From Vermamoeba vermiformis (taxonomy: Eukaryota), in assembly GCA_045837725.1 (NCBI GenBank), contig JBEWZL010000260.1:62001-126000 (forward strand): DNA of 64,000 nt, given 5' to 3'. The position numbers and the translations under genes were made by a program. This document shows, piece after piece, positions 52,468-64,000 of this stretch. A model generated the notes under the pieces. The model searched no databases. It was not told where the DNA came from and saw only the letters and a program-made list of their open reading frames with translations. The first letter of the stretch is position 1, and each line of letters starts with the position of its first letter.

Positions 52468-55400
52468 TTAGATCGTGGTACTCTCAAACAACCAGTTCGA
52501 TATATCTTGCGTGAAGTATCCTCCACCTGTTGCTCCTGACAGACCGACAAAGTAAGGCACTGGATCCAACTTCAAGTACCCGACTGGCGTTGCAAAGGCA
52601 GACGTTCCATTGACTAGTACCTAAAAGTATTATTTTAGCCAACTTCAATCAATAAATTGTTAAGTCTTACTCTCAAGTAGCTAGTGAACGAGAATTCAAA
52701 ATAGTATGACTGCGGACAAGTCAATTTTGGTAACGACGAACGAACGATAAACGAGCACACGTAGCGGAAGTTATCGCTGAGCGGAGCATTCCTATGCAAT
52801 TTACGGTCAATTGTCACGCTGTACTAAACACCAAATCTGCACGTACCAATCACAGATGTAGAACTCGTTGTAAGTAGCACTGTACGCGAACATTGTCACA
52901 TTGGGCACTGAACCAACACCCAACAACCCTCCGCTCGACAAATACACTTCTGATTCTTGCGGTTGACTCTTCGAAAAGAACAACGTGAAGCTGGTTGAAG
53001 AGCTTAGTATTGCACGAACATGAGTCAAAGTTCATCTTACCCATCAGCACCGTTGTTTTCAGCATCGCAGTTCGTTGGAGTCCACGTCAACGTTGAATAG
53101 AATCCCGTGTGAGTGTAGACAGGCAAGGGATAGTACGCCACTCCTGACTCGCTGCCGCCTGTTGTCAAGCGAAGTGAGTTGCCGAGAAGTGAAGCTGTGC
53201 CGAGTGTATTGATGACCGCGTCATTGAAGTTGTAAGTGAACTGTCGCTTTTTGGGTAACAGTGTTATTGTGCTGTAAGACCATCGCGTAAATGTGCCTTC
53301 GACGCCACTGAGACCAAGGTAGTAAAGCGATGGATTAATGATCGTTTTGGCTCTGTCGTTCAGTGTGGCAAAGAGTTGATTCATGAAATATACCTGCGCA
53401 ATCATTAGCTTTCAGTTACCATGTTTAGACTCTCGTACATTAATAATGTTAGTCGAAGTGTATTCTATTTTGATGTCCATCAAGTCCAAGCAATTAGTTG
53501 ACGATAAGTATAGTGGCACAGAATAAACTTTGGCGGCGAACATCGTTGAGCTAAAAATGAGTCATTAGTAAAATTAGGATGCAAGTGCTAAGAATGTCGT
53601 ACTTGAAGTATGCAGCGAACTGACTGCTCGTGTAGTTCACTGTGAACGATGTCAGTCGTGACATCATTGACGTGCCATATCCTGCATCGTCATTGATCGA
53701 ACTGACAGTGACATCTGACGGAGGTGTTGTGGTCAAGAAGAATGTGAAGCCTGAGTCACTCGTGCAGTTGGTTGGTTTCCATTGGAACGAAGTGGTGAAG
53801 CCAAGACGAGCAGGCTGAGGTGTCTTGTACACCGCTAGACCAACACCGTTGTTTGAAATCTGAATCAAGTTGCTAACTACTGCGGCGCCACCAGCGGTAA
53901 TCAGATTGGCAACGGAAATTGCGGAGTTGACAGCAGACGGATAAGTCGTTGTTTTTGACCACTCGCTGATGTATTGTCTGACATTGGAAGTACCAGCTGA
54001 TCCAGCGAAGCCAATTGTGTAGTTATCGCTCTTGGAAAGTACCAACGTCGATGCAAACACAAACTCGTTGTTGGCGTAGACCTTGCAAACATAATTTAGT
54101 TATAAAGTAGTGGCCAGACAAGTACGTACTTCAAAGAGGTCTTGATTGTAAATCACTTCAAAAGATACAGTCTGATTTAAGCCGACAGGTGGAAGCGGAT
54201 TCGGAAAAGTTGGACAAAAGTTCTGAAACGCAGTGCTGATCACGGTAGTCCTGTGCAACGATGTTAACCCATTGCATTGATTTGTAACGAAAATATCTTG
54301 GTGGTACCATTTGCAAAGATAGAACTCGTTGCGAGCACGATTGAAGCCAATGATCGTTGTGCCTGGTCTCGATTGAATGCCAAGACCACTTCCATACGAT
54401 AAGGGCCCAGGAGGTACTTCGAGCTCACTACGAGGACTCGTCAAGAACATCGCGAAACTGTGCACGACATCAACAATAAGCCAGAATATAGTACAATGTG
54501 CTTACCCGTTGTCATCTTGTTGATCTTCGCTTCCGAGCAGTGTCCACTTGAAGTTCAGTCCAAATTGTTGGCTTAACGAGAATACATAGTCGCGAAGTAC
54601 AACGAAACCAGCGCCATTTTGAGCGGTCGTCAGCCAGATCCGTTTAGCCGTCACGTCAACTGAAGCTTGGCCCAAAGCGGAGACCCGAGTGTCGTCTGTC
54701 GTGAACTCAGTAATTTCGCTGACAGAGTCCCATTGCCAGGAGGTAAAAGCGTGGTTAGCAACTACTCCGCTGTCACTGCTAGCGCAAATTCCAACATAGC
54801 GCGCGACAGGTCTCAGCGAGCTAGGCAAGGTGTAGGAGAATCCCAGGCGACCATCAACGTACATCTGCAAACACGAGTGTTAGAACATTAGATGATACGA
54901 GCTGGTCTTACCGAAATCACGTGTTGTCGGATCTGAAGCTGATTGTTAAGTTGTACGCGACATTGCAACCCAAGCTCGTTAACCGATAAGGGAATACTTG
55001 ACAGTTGCTGCGGAAAAATGGCGGAAAGGTTATCAGGGGACTCGTAGGAATTGTTGGAGGCGGTGTGTTCCTGAAATTAAAAATGAGGAATCGAATTTTC
55101 GGAGTTGACGTCTTTCTTACCAATTGCAAACGTAAAACTCGTTCAACGAAACCACGTAACCTATAGCCAACGTATCTGGCAGGTCTTGGAACCCTCCCCG
55201 ATACAATTGAGAGGAAAGACTCGTCTCGGACAAAACGATGCTCACTCTGCCGGTGAAAGAGAGTTAGCTCTAAAAACTAGCATAATTATCAAGTATCTTA
55301 CCCATCAATGTATTTATTGTGCCTGCTATAAACATCGACCGAGGAAGTGCAGTTCGAGGAGGTCCACAGGAATGACGTGTTGAATCCGACGTGCGTAGTT

Positions 55401-55591
55401 ACCGGATCTGAGTAAACGGCCATTCCACCATACCGTATATTTATGCCATTTACAGCGGTAGCAGTCACACCGCCGCCAAAAGGCCGAATTTTGGTGTAGT
55501 TGAAACTCGATCCGCCAACGAAGAACTTCTCTGCATGTATGACGACTACCTGCAGCGACAATAGTATGAATAAGAAATGATATATATTCAT
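52468..55591 (-). CDS. Secreted protein with about four legume (L-type/ConA-like) lectin domains
   Basis: Signal peptide MNIYHFLFILLSLQVVVIHA. Repeated units LGxASL..LRLTT..GxAYY..GFxTxFxW..ADG..YxGxSGxxG..xxW. Confidence 0.8.
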
Positions 55592-56815
55592 CTTCTATTG
55601 TGGTGTTGTATTTGTATTTGAAGGGTGATTTGATGTCAAAACAAAAAGTTGATCACACCAACCTCGAGAACGTAATCACTAAGGCACGAAGTTCAATTGC
55701 ATTCGAATCCACTTATTTAACCTCCCATATTGGCGGAAGAAATCAGGGAGTCAGTCGATGTTGTCGGTGGCTGATCTAGATCAACACCTTTTTCTAGCTT
55801 ACAAATTCAATTAATACGAAATTTTGTTTCGGAATACCTTATTATCGATACGCACCTTCTATATGGCCACCAATTTTGCACCGACAATACGTAGAAACGC
55901 AGTTAAGCACCCGACAACAGATCTGCTGTCAAATCGTCACTCCTGAGCTAAAAATACTTAATATCTGCTCTCTTCTGTAAAAGGGCTCCAAAGAAATGCT
56001 CTCGCTCCTCCGCAACAAGATCTTGTAAAGGGTAGAGTAAAACTGATCCGAAACTGTCGGAAACTACTCTAATTAGTAAACTATCATCGATTATTGAAAT
56101 ACAAACGAATCTTACTTTTAGAAGGGCTAGTCATCTCCCGCAACAGATCCATTGTCAAATCTTGTCAATTTTTATAAATTGCTACGGGCAACTCTCACGT
56201 GCTAAGGATCCGATGTCAAACATATCAGCTTGAATTTGACATCTTGCTAAACTTCACATAAATATCTCGGTCATAACGTAGACAAGGACACATCTTGCGC
56301 GAAGTATCCGGCACTCCGTTAGGAGAATGGATTTAGTCAGGATCTAGCTAACCTGGTAGGCCAATTTTATTATAATATATCAAATGTTTTTACAAAAATG
56401 ACAGTATTAAACAAATTGCCGCTTAAGAATCCTTGCGCTCTAAAGATGTAAAATAAATAATTTATTGAATTAATTCGAAACCAAATATTTAAAATGTATT
56501 TTGTGCTCAATAGAACTGTATAAAAATATGCCCACGATTGCGGACGAGTAAATTTCATTTTACATTACGGACGTGTTATGTCCGATCAGATGACTTACCT
56601 AACGGCGCCAGGGTACGTGTTAGCGCATAATGCGTTCCAACGAGTTCCTCATGAAAAAATTAACAGTTGCACCAATGCGCGCCAGTAATAAACTGTAATT
56701 AATGGTAACAATCGATTTTACTTGAAATATATTGTGCACGTGTAACGGTTAATTTAAAGACGTGCAGAAACTAATTTAATATTATAAGTTTTAAAGCGCA
56801 CATTTGAAGCAATCT

Positions 56816-57215
56816 ATGGCCGATCATGTAAGTAAAAGGTAATTTCTAGAACTACGGTTGCCTAATACTCGAAATCCAGATTACTTTACACCTCCACACC
56901 GGTTTTACAGGAGGACCTCCTCAAAGACAGTTTATTGCAGACAAGCAATTAGAAATTAAGGTAAATATTACTTTGCCTTCGGTTGGTTATGGTCTTTGCG
57001 TTAATATTTAAAATTTATTTAAATTTATTTTTCTTTGCCAGATATCGCCAAACGCTACGTTGCAAGAACTGTACGAATTAATTAGAAATACCGCTCCTTG
57101 GGTTAAATTGCATTCTTGGGCAACATTTCTGAACGAACCCGTGAACAAAACTGTTGCCGAAGCAGGTCTTACGGATGGAGCCGTTGTGCAGTTGGAGAGC
57201 GGAATGAAAGACTAA
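56816..57215 (+). CDS. Small (about 80 aa) ubiquitin/UBX-like protein, 3 exons
   Basis: Spliced MADHITLHLHTGFTGGPPQRQFIADKQLEIKISPNATLQELYELIRNTAPW..NKTVAEAGLTDGAVVQLESGMKD. Canonical introns 56828-56879 and 56961-57041. Confidence 0.65.
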
Positions 57216-57311
57216 GCAACCATCAATTATTTAGTTTAATACTACTTTGTCACTACCTCTCAACATTGAGAGAATTACAAATAAAGTTAGAATAGGCTAA
57301 ATGATTTTATT

Positions 57312-57400
57312 TTAGTATCCTCCAGCGTGGCCCTGACAAACCGACAAAGTACGACACGGGATCCAGCGTGTTGAGAATGCTACGCTGTTCACTCGAGTGA
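57312..57400 (-). pseudogene. Fragment homologous to the last exon of the lectin gene
   Basis: LDPVSYFVGLSG versus LDPVPYFVGLSG at about 52515-52570, followed by a 1-bp deletion. Confidence 0.65.
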
Positions 57401-57443
57401 GTTAGAGAGGTTACAATACATATTTATATATTTAGTAATCACT

Positions 57444-58370
57444 ATACCATAAGCCAAGTTCTGATCGAAAGCGGCAATGAGACCAGCGGCGATGTAAACT
57501 GAAGCTGTTTGTGCAACGACGGAGGCGCTGTTAAGGACACCTAAAACAACGAACAACAATCAGAGCCAGAACTATCATATTTTCGATTGGTTAATAATGT
57601 ACCCATGAAGAGGCCAGCGTCTTCAGAAGCGACGAGATCAGACATCAAAGCGAATTATAGTCAGCACCGCTTGGTGATCGCCCATTGATTTGGCCTCTTT
57701 GGTTTCACCAGCAAGTTTATCAGTGTCAAACCGAGCAGAATGGTCCAAGTGCGATCGTCGTTTAAGCAACAGGGATGCTTCTCTGGTACTCACGAATGTT
57801 CTTCAGGAGGTCAATGGAAATATACGTAAGCTCCTATTCGTGGCTAGCGTAGAAGTGCAAAGGTGGCTTACCGATATCCGGATCTTTGTTCAACGATCCG
57901 CTGCCTTGAATACTTTGTCCTCGCATTTGCGCGGATCTTCGCCGTTGACATTATCACCCAAAAGAGCGCCGAATTTAACACACAGACCAATCAAAGCCAT
58001 ACCAACAGCTATTCAATAAGAAAACACGATTAATATCGCTAAAATCAATATCATTGCGAATTTTAATTACCGCAGAAGATTGTGTCGACAAAATGAACGA
58101 GCGTGGCGACCAGTGTATTTATACTAGCTAAAATATAAAAGTCATATTTAGTATTAGTGTCAATAAACGAAAAATAAGCTCGGGAATCAAACGAACCAAT
58201 TTTTAAAAATAACAAACGGAATTTAATTCACAGTTCTAGAGCTTTCATGATATCTATGATGGTACTCCAGCAGTCCCAAATTATTTGGTAATTTTCTGGA
58301 ATTACTGTTCGTCAAATAGGCACGATCTCGAAGAAGATCGGTATTTTAACTCTCACTAACGACTCTTACC
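57444..58370 (-). pseudogene. Fragmented duplicate of the SLC45/SUT transporter gene
   Basis: 57444-57654 matches 61356-61566, and about 57930-58370 matches about 62972-63402, introns included. The middle of the gene is missing and unrelated DNA is interposed. Confidence 0.9.
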
Positions 58371-58571
58371 TGGAGCAAGCCGTGACACCATCAGGCACCA
58401 ACTGGTAGTACAAAAACGTGCGTTATGTAGTGCTATCAGTCGGAAAGGAGCCTTTGAGAAACACGGCCGTTCCGCCTTTTTTAGGGAACTCCACCAGATT
58501 AAACACAATAACACAACTCGCTACTAAGCACGAATATTTTGAAGCTGCGAAATACCGCTGCTTGCTCACAA

Positions 58572-61024
58572 ATGCTTTTGGCTCGAAGAGTTTTTCGAAA
58601 TCTTGGAAGATCAGTTGTGGCCAAAATAACCTGCAAAAACAGGTATGTTGCCGTATTATTATTAAAAATGGATTAATTAATTTTGCGTAGATCGCTGTAT
58701 TCTTTGGTTTCGAAAGACAAGAAGGGATTCGTCAGCAGAAAATCGTCTGGTCTGACGCACGCCCAAAAATCTCTCTTTTCTAGCGCTATCTCGAAGGAAT
58801 TTCAGAATAATCTAGCTAATTATGTCATCGGGAACAAGAAGCGTAAGTAGCAAATTCAGTTTTATTTTAAGCTGCAAATCCGAACTGACTTTCCGCCGGC
58901 GCACAGTGCGCGAGTGTACAAACCAAGATTTAGCAAACTGGATGGAACGACAAAATGAGTATTCAAAAGCGGCTATTGACCTTGTCCGCAGCACTCCTGA
59001 GTTGAGTGGACGATTCATGTCTGAGGATTTTGACTCGTTTTTGGGTTTCTTGCCTGTGTTAACTCGAAAGAACGTGCACAGTTACTTTCAGGCTGCAGTT
59101 GAACGTAAGCAAGTACTGCTCGAGAGCACTGTTATTAATTCAAACAGGAATGCTGCTGCCATTTAGTCAAACTCTTCCTGTCATCACAGATGAAGAGATT
59201 TCTGCAAAGATTAAGTCATCTCTGCCATACATCCAGGATATGATAACTAAATCAAGTGATCTGGCATGGCAACAGAAGAATATTTGCAGTTACATTGCCA
59301 ATCCACTGCCTGTACATGTGGAACCTCCAAGTACTGAGATCAGATGGAATACATTCTTTTTTGATGACTTGCTCACACAAGATGAGCCATTCAAAAGGCT
59401 AAAGCTTGCTATTGATGATGCTAAATCGTCAAACTCACAAGATATGAAACTAATCCACATCCTGCAAAGTACATAGACAGTTGTTTGAAAAAGTAGAACT
59501 AACAATGTGACATTAGTGAGTGGGGCTGGCAAAACTCATTTTGCAATTTCATATGCCAGAAAGGGGGATGCTGGTGGTATTGTGTTACGTAATCTCGACA
59601 ATTACCACAAATCTCTATTTGATGCTGCAGAAAGGACCATTAGTCAAGCACGAAAAATGTTGACAAACAGCAATATCACTGAAGAAAAGAAGTTTTTGGA
59701 GCGCTCTAAGAGAACAATGATGCTAATTTCATTAACTGCTCTTGAATTAGCTGAAAAATTTTACAATGAAGGTACTACCCTTCATATTCTTCTAAGACTA
59801 ACATTTGAGTAGCCAAAGAAAAGTTTGCAACTAAGAAGGAACTGCATGATGCCCTTGTGCACTTCCTCTTCACTTGGGGCAGAGATCTAGTTACCAAGAT
59901 GTTTGACCGAAACCTGACATATGTTACAAATGATGCAGAATTTGAGAATTTTGCAAAAAAATATGCAAATTTTGCTAAGGACCAACAGCTTGTGATATTT
60001 CTAGATGAAATTCATTTACTTGCTTTCCAGATGGAGGGAGAATTCATTCATGAAATCCCTACTAAAGATGAAAGTATGCCAGCCCATCAAACACCAACAG
60101 CCAGACAGGTCTCCAATGATGAGTTGGTAAGATAACCTTTACATTAGCACACTTCCATTCTAAGAAAAAAAAGGGTTCTCAAGCACCACAGCCCTTAAAT
60201 ACTATCTTTAAGAGATCAACATCACTACTCTATGTTCTTGTCCTTGCTATGGAGAGCTTCTTGAAGTTGCACAGAATAACAGTGAGTAGAATACAGTACC
60301 TTCCTAGTTGACAATTAGCAGCACATAACAACTTCAACTTCATATTCTGCTATGAGATTTTTTACTGAACAGACAAGTGCACGTGGCAGATTTCGCATTC
60401 ACTACTTCTTGCATTATGAAGATGATAAGGACCGTTTAGATCGGTTCAAAGAACTTTTGTTCAAAACTTTTGGAAAGGAGAGAGTTGAGCCTCTGTTTCT
60501 CGAGTATCTCACAGAATTTCGTGCGCTTGCTTCTCGACCAGTGTATCTGTGGAATCTATTCAATATGGTAAGCAACGTTCATAAATAAGCTGTTCTAAGC
60601 TAGCTATCAAGGTCATAGCAAAAGATGTTGATACAGGATCATTTGAAAGCTTTTTCCACTTGTGGGTGGAAAGGGCAGTCAATGATGCTGAATCAAGAGC
60701 AGAATACTACTTCACCAAAGCAAAGACACAAGCATCAAATAATGCAGTAAGAGTAACAAATTCAACCAATTTTGGTGATACTGACTCTTAAAGGTAAACC
60801 GTGTTATTCGGGAAATTGCCCTTGGAGCAAATACTACTGAGTTGGAAATTGAGGATTGTGAGAAATTAATTGAGCTTGGCTTAATTGATATCAAAAATAT
60901 GTCATTTCCTCCCAAAGAGAAAACTGTGGCATTGGCAACAGACTATTACTTGCGCAGGACCATCCAAGAATCATTCCAAGCCCTCATACAGGCATGTGAT
61001 TCTGATAACAGTACGAAGACTTAA
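58572..61024 (+). CDS. Presequence-like leader + SAM-like + P-loop NTPase + winged-helix-like protein (Crinkler/RHS-like), copy 2, apparently intact
   Basis: Nine exons splice in frame: MLLARRVFRNLGRS..LRECTNQDLANWMERQ..LSGRFM..ILQMSGAGKT..VIFLDEIH..LASRP..CEKLIELGLIDIK. Body strongly CpG-depleted. Exact 3' end uncertain. Confidence 0.75.
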
Positions 61025-61166
61025 AATAATTGAACCAGATCACTAGTTGTAACCTATCATATGTAATAGCCTTGATATAAGATTGTTTTTCGATAAATGT
61101 CAGTTTTTTAGACGACTAAGGATTGTGCTTCAAAAGGTAACTTACAGCAGCAATATCAATTTATGC

Positions 61167-63706
61167 TTAGTAGTCAGATGTATTAACTGAACCTTCAGGG
61201 TCCAACAAAGGAGTACCCTCCATAGCATTTTGTTTCTTAGTGTCCAAGAAGAACACGCAAATGCAGGCTACGAACACGTCAGAATAAATCTTGGCGTATG
61301 GATCTAATTCATTCACTTTGACTTACCGGCAATCGAAGGCACAGCACCCCATGAAATACCATAAGCCAAGTTCTGATCGAAAGCGGCGATGAGACCAGCA
61401 GCGATGTAAACTGAAGCTGTTTGCGCAACGACGGAGGCGCTGTTAAGGACACCTAAAACAACGAACAACAATCAGAGCCAGAACTATCATATTAGCGATT
61501 GGCTAATAGCGTACCCATGAAGAGACCAGCGTCTTCAGAAGCGACGAGATCAGACATCAAAGCGAAAGGAATCGAGTTGAACGAGGTGTAGTTGAACGAG
61601 ACCAAAGAGGCCAAAACGATGGCAATCACCAAGCGGTGCTCGGCTGAATAAGATGTCAGTAAAGTTCTTACGTTGTATTTATCACTACAGGTCCTTGTAA
61701 GTTCCCATTTTAATCACGTGGTCAGTCTTAAATGAGAGCCGTGTCTAAGGCCATAGTGGTGTGTTGTACGTACCAGGGAACGAGTCCAAAAAGAACAAGC
61801 TAATGTAGCAACCAGTGGCCACAACTTGAGAGCTCAAGTACGCGACTTTAACACCAACGCCCTTGATAATCAAAGGCAACACGAGCGAGTACAAGAACGA
61901 AGCTGCAGCGAAGCAAGCAGAGGCGTAGAGACCCATCTTGAGACCTTCAGTTTCGTTGTCTTTGTACAAGTTGTTTTGGAAGAAAGTCGTCAAGCTGACC
62001 ATCATAGGGGCATAGGCGGCCCTAAGAACTCAATTAGAACTCTGTCATGTGTTCACTAACATAGCATCATCATCGAATGACACGTGTCAACAAAGGTATT
62101 AGACCCCACTACAGCGGCCCAACAAAGCACCAGTGACACGTGTCAAAAATTCATGTCAGGCGCACGTACCAAGAGAAGAAATACAAGGCAACAATCTTGA
62201 AGATCGGACGGTTCATGCTCTTGAAACCAATAATGATCTTCTTGAACACACCACCAATGCTTTGACGAGGAACTGTTACACGATAGATTAGACTAAATAG
62301 CTAACCTCACGCTATAATAATTGCACGTACCGCCAGCAGGTCTTCTGTATTGTTTCTCGTTCGCTGAGAACATTGTTGGGATCAAACTGAAGATGACGAA
62401 CTCGACACCCAAAACTTCATAACGCCATTAGTACGTCTCACTACTGATAGCTAGTTATACTTACTGAACAAGAAGAAGTACGGATCTTTCACGGTGATGA
62501 ACAACGCACCAATAATATTGGCAATAATGTTGGCCAGACCTAAACGTTCGATTAAGGGCTAGTTCAAATAACACTACTAAATAGGGCCAAAATATCGATA
62601 TCCAAGACGTACCCATGACAGTCGAGACCATGGCGTTACCGAGCTGCAACTTCTCTTCGGGCACAACGTCATTGACGAGCGTACGAGCAGGACCTTGCAT
62701 CACGTTGACCATCAAGTTCATCAGAGCCAAGCCAAGCATCTGTCGTTGAATAATATGAGCTAACACGTAACTAAGATTGCTGCTATTCAATCAATAATTT
62801 CGAAAATCAACCGCTTCAATTTCAAGAGCATTGCAATTTGGAGGTTGGATCCATTGCCGACCCCGCTATTTAATTGGTATGCAATTTTGATACGATCGTT
62901 TGCGCGGTAGTAAGTAATAGCAATAAGGTCAAGCGAACTTACAGCAAGGAGGATGGCCCAAGTGTGATCGTGCGGATCTTCTCCGTTAACATTATCGCCC
63001 AAAATAGCGCCAAATTTGACGCACAGACCAATTAAAGCCATACCAACAGCTATTCAATAAGAAAGCACGATTAATATCGCTAAAATCAATATCATTGCGA
63101 ATTTTAATTACCGCAGAAGATTGTGCCGAACAAAATGAACGGGCGTCTGCGACCTAATCGACCAGTGTAGCTAAAAATAGAAAATCATATTAGCTCCATC
63201 GTAATAACGAAAATAGAAAGAGAAATCAAAACCAATTTTAAAAATAAAAACGGAATTTAATTCGAGTGTCTGAATGCATTCATAGCATAATAACAGTAAT
63301 CAAATGATTCCAAAATATTGGTATATTTTTATCAATAATTACTGTTTGTTAAACACGATCGAAAGAAGATCGGTGAATTTTACCTATCACTAATGACTCC
63401 TACAATTGGCTGAACGATAAAACCTGTACTTCTATAATTAGTGCACTTCTACTTTTCGACTTTCAGACGCCTCTACGAACCGCTGATAGGGCCAGCAGTT
63501 GCCATGACAATGTTCGTCGTGGATTTGGAGAGTTTCAATGTTTTTGTGAACAATGGACCGCCTAATGCGAATTGAATACTATCTAATACAAAAAGTCAGC
63601 AACAGAATATTACGGATCGCTCGATCGGGATCTTACAAACAAACTGCACTCCGGCAAGAGCGAAAGTGACGCAAAACAGCCACAGACTATACAAAAACCC
63701 GTTCAT
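61167..63706 (-). CDS. MFS sugar transporter, SLC45/sucrose-transporter (SUT) family
   Basis: LAGVQFVYSIQFALG, AGPISGFIVQPIVGVISD, GRLGRRRPFI, NVMQGPARTLVNDVVP, NSIPFALMS, AGLFMGVLNSASVVAQ. Confidence 0.92.
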
Positions 63707-64000
63707 TGTTCTTCTCTCGATTCTATTTCGCTAACTAATGAAATGTCTGCAGAAGAGAGATTGTGCCAGTTTTGGTGATATCGCCAAAGAAAAGGAGAGA
63801 CTTGGAAGGAAAACGCTCCTTTACGCGACCTAGTGTATCGATTCGCCAGCAGGACATTGTATAAACGCTATTTACAATTTATTCAAGTATTCTACATTTA
63901 AACGCTTGAAAAGCCGGGTAACGACTTAAAAATAACTTACTTAGTTCTTTTAGAACTACAAATAAATAAACTTCTTGTTTTTTGTTGTCACTATAGTATT

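Noticed and set aside
55700-56620. Imperfect repeats (caacagatc..gtcaaatc) and exon-like scraps
   Set aside because: No consistent reading frame or recognisable product. It may be decayed gene debris, but this cannot be supported.
59099-59166. Apparent frameshifts between the SAM-like and NTPase ORFs (also at 42781-42817)
   Set aside because: Explained by introns: about 59105-59147 gtaagc..cag, and a probable intron at about 42756-42818.
58500-61160. Autonomous transposon around NTPase copy 2
   Set aside because: No terminal inverted repeats, target-site duplication, transposase or nuclease domain could be identified by eye.

Overview
Gene-dense eukaryotic nuclear DNA in the standard genetic code, with many short (about 45-60 nt) GT-AG introns carrying a CTAAY/CTGAC-type branch point. 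A free-living protist, possibly amoebozoan, is inferred but not verified. Housekeeping genes: RNA Pol III largest subunit, a mitochondrial carrier, an SDR, eIF5A, VPS28, an aldehyde oxidase/XDH-family enzyme, an FGGY kinase, two tandem flavin amine oxidases and an SLC45/SUT-like sugar transporter. Less usual genes: an F-box + importin-beta-like HEAT protein, a probably inactive calpain, a giant EF-hand coiled-coil protein with a KASH-like tail, a PA-domain 7TM protein, a MACPF/CDC-like membrane protein and a four-domain L-type lectin. The most striking signal is a pair of divergent paralogues (about 41.4-43.4 kb minus, 58.6-61.0 kb plus). Each encodes a mitochondrial-presequence-like leader, a SAM-like domain and a Crinkler/RHS-like P-loop NTPase. 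Their gene bodies alone are strongly CpG-depleted, with most surviving CpGs in Arg codons. One copy is decayed; the other looks intact and lies next to a patchwork of fragments copied from neighbouring genes. All gene models were spliced by eye; no database searches were run.
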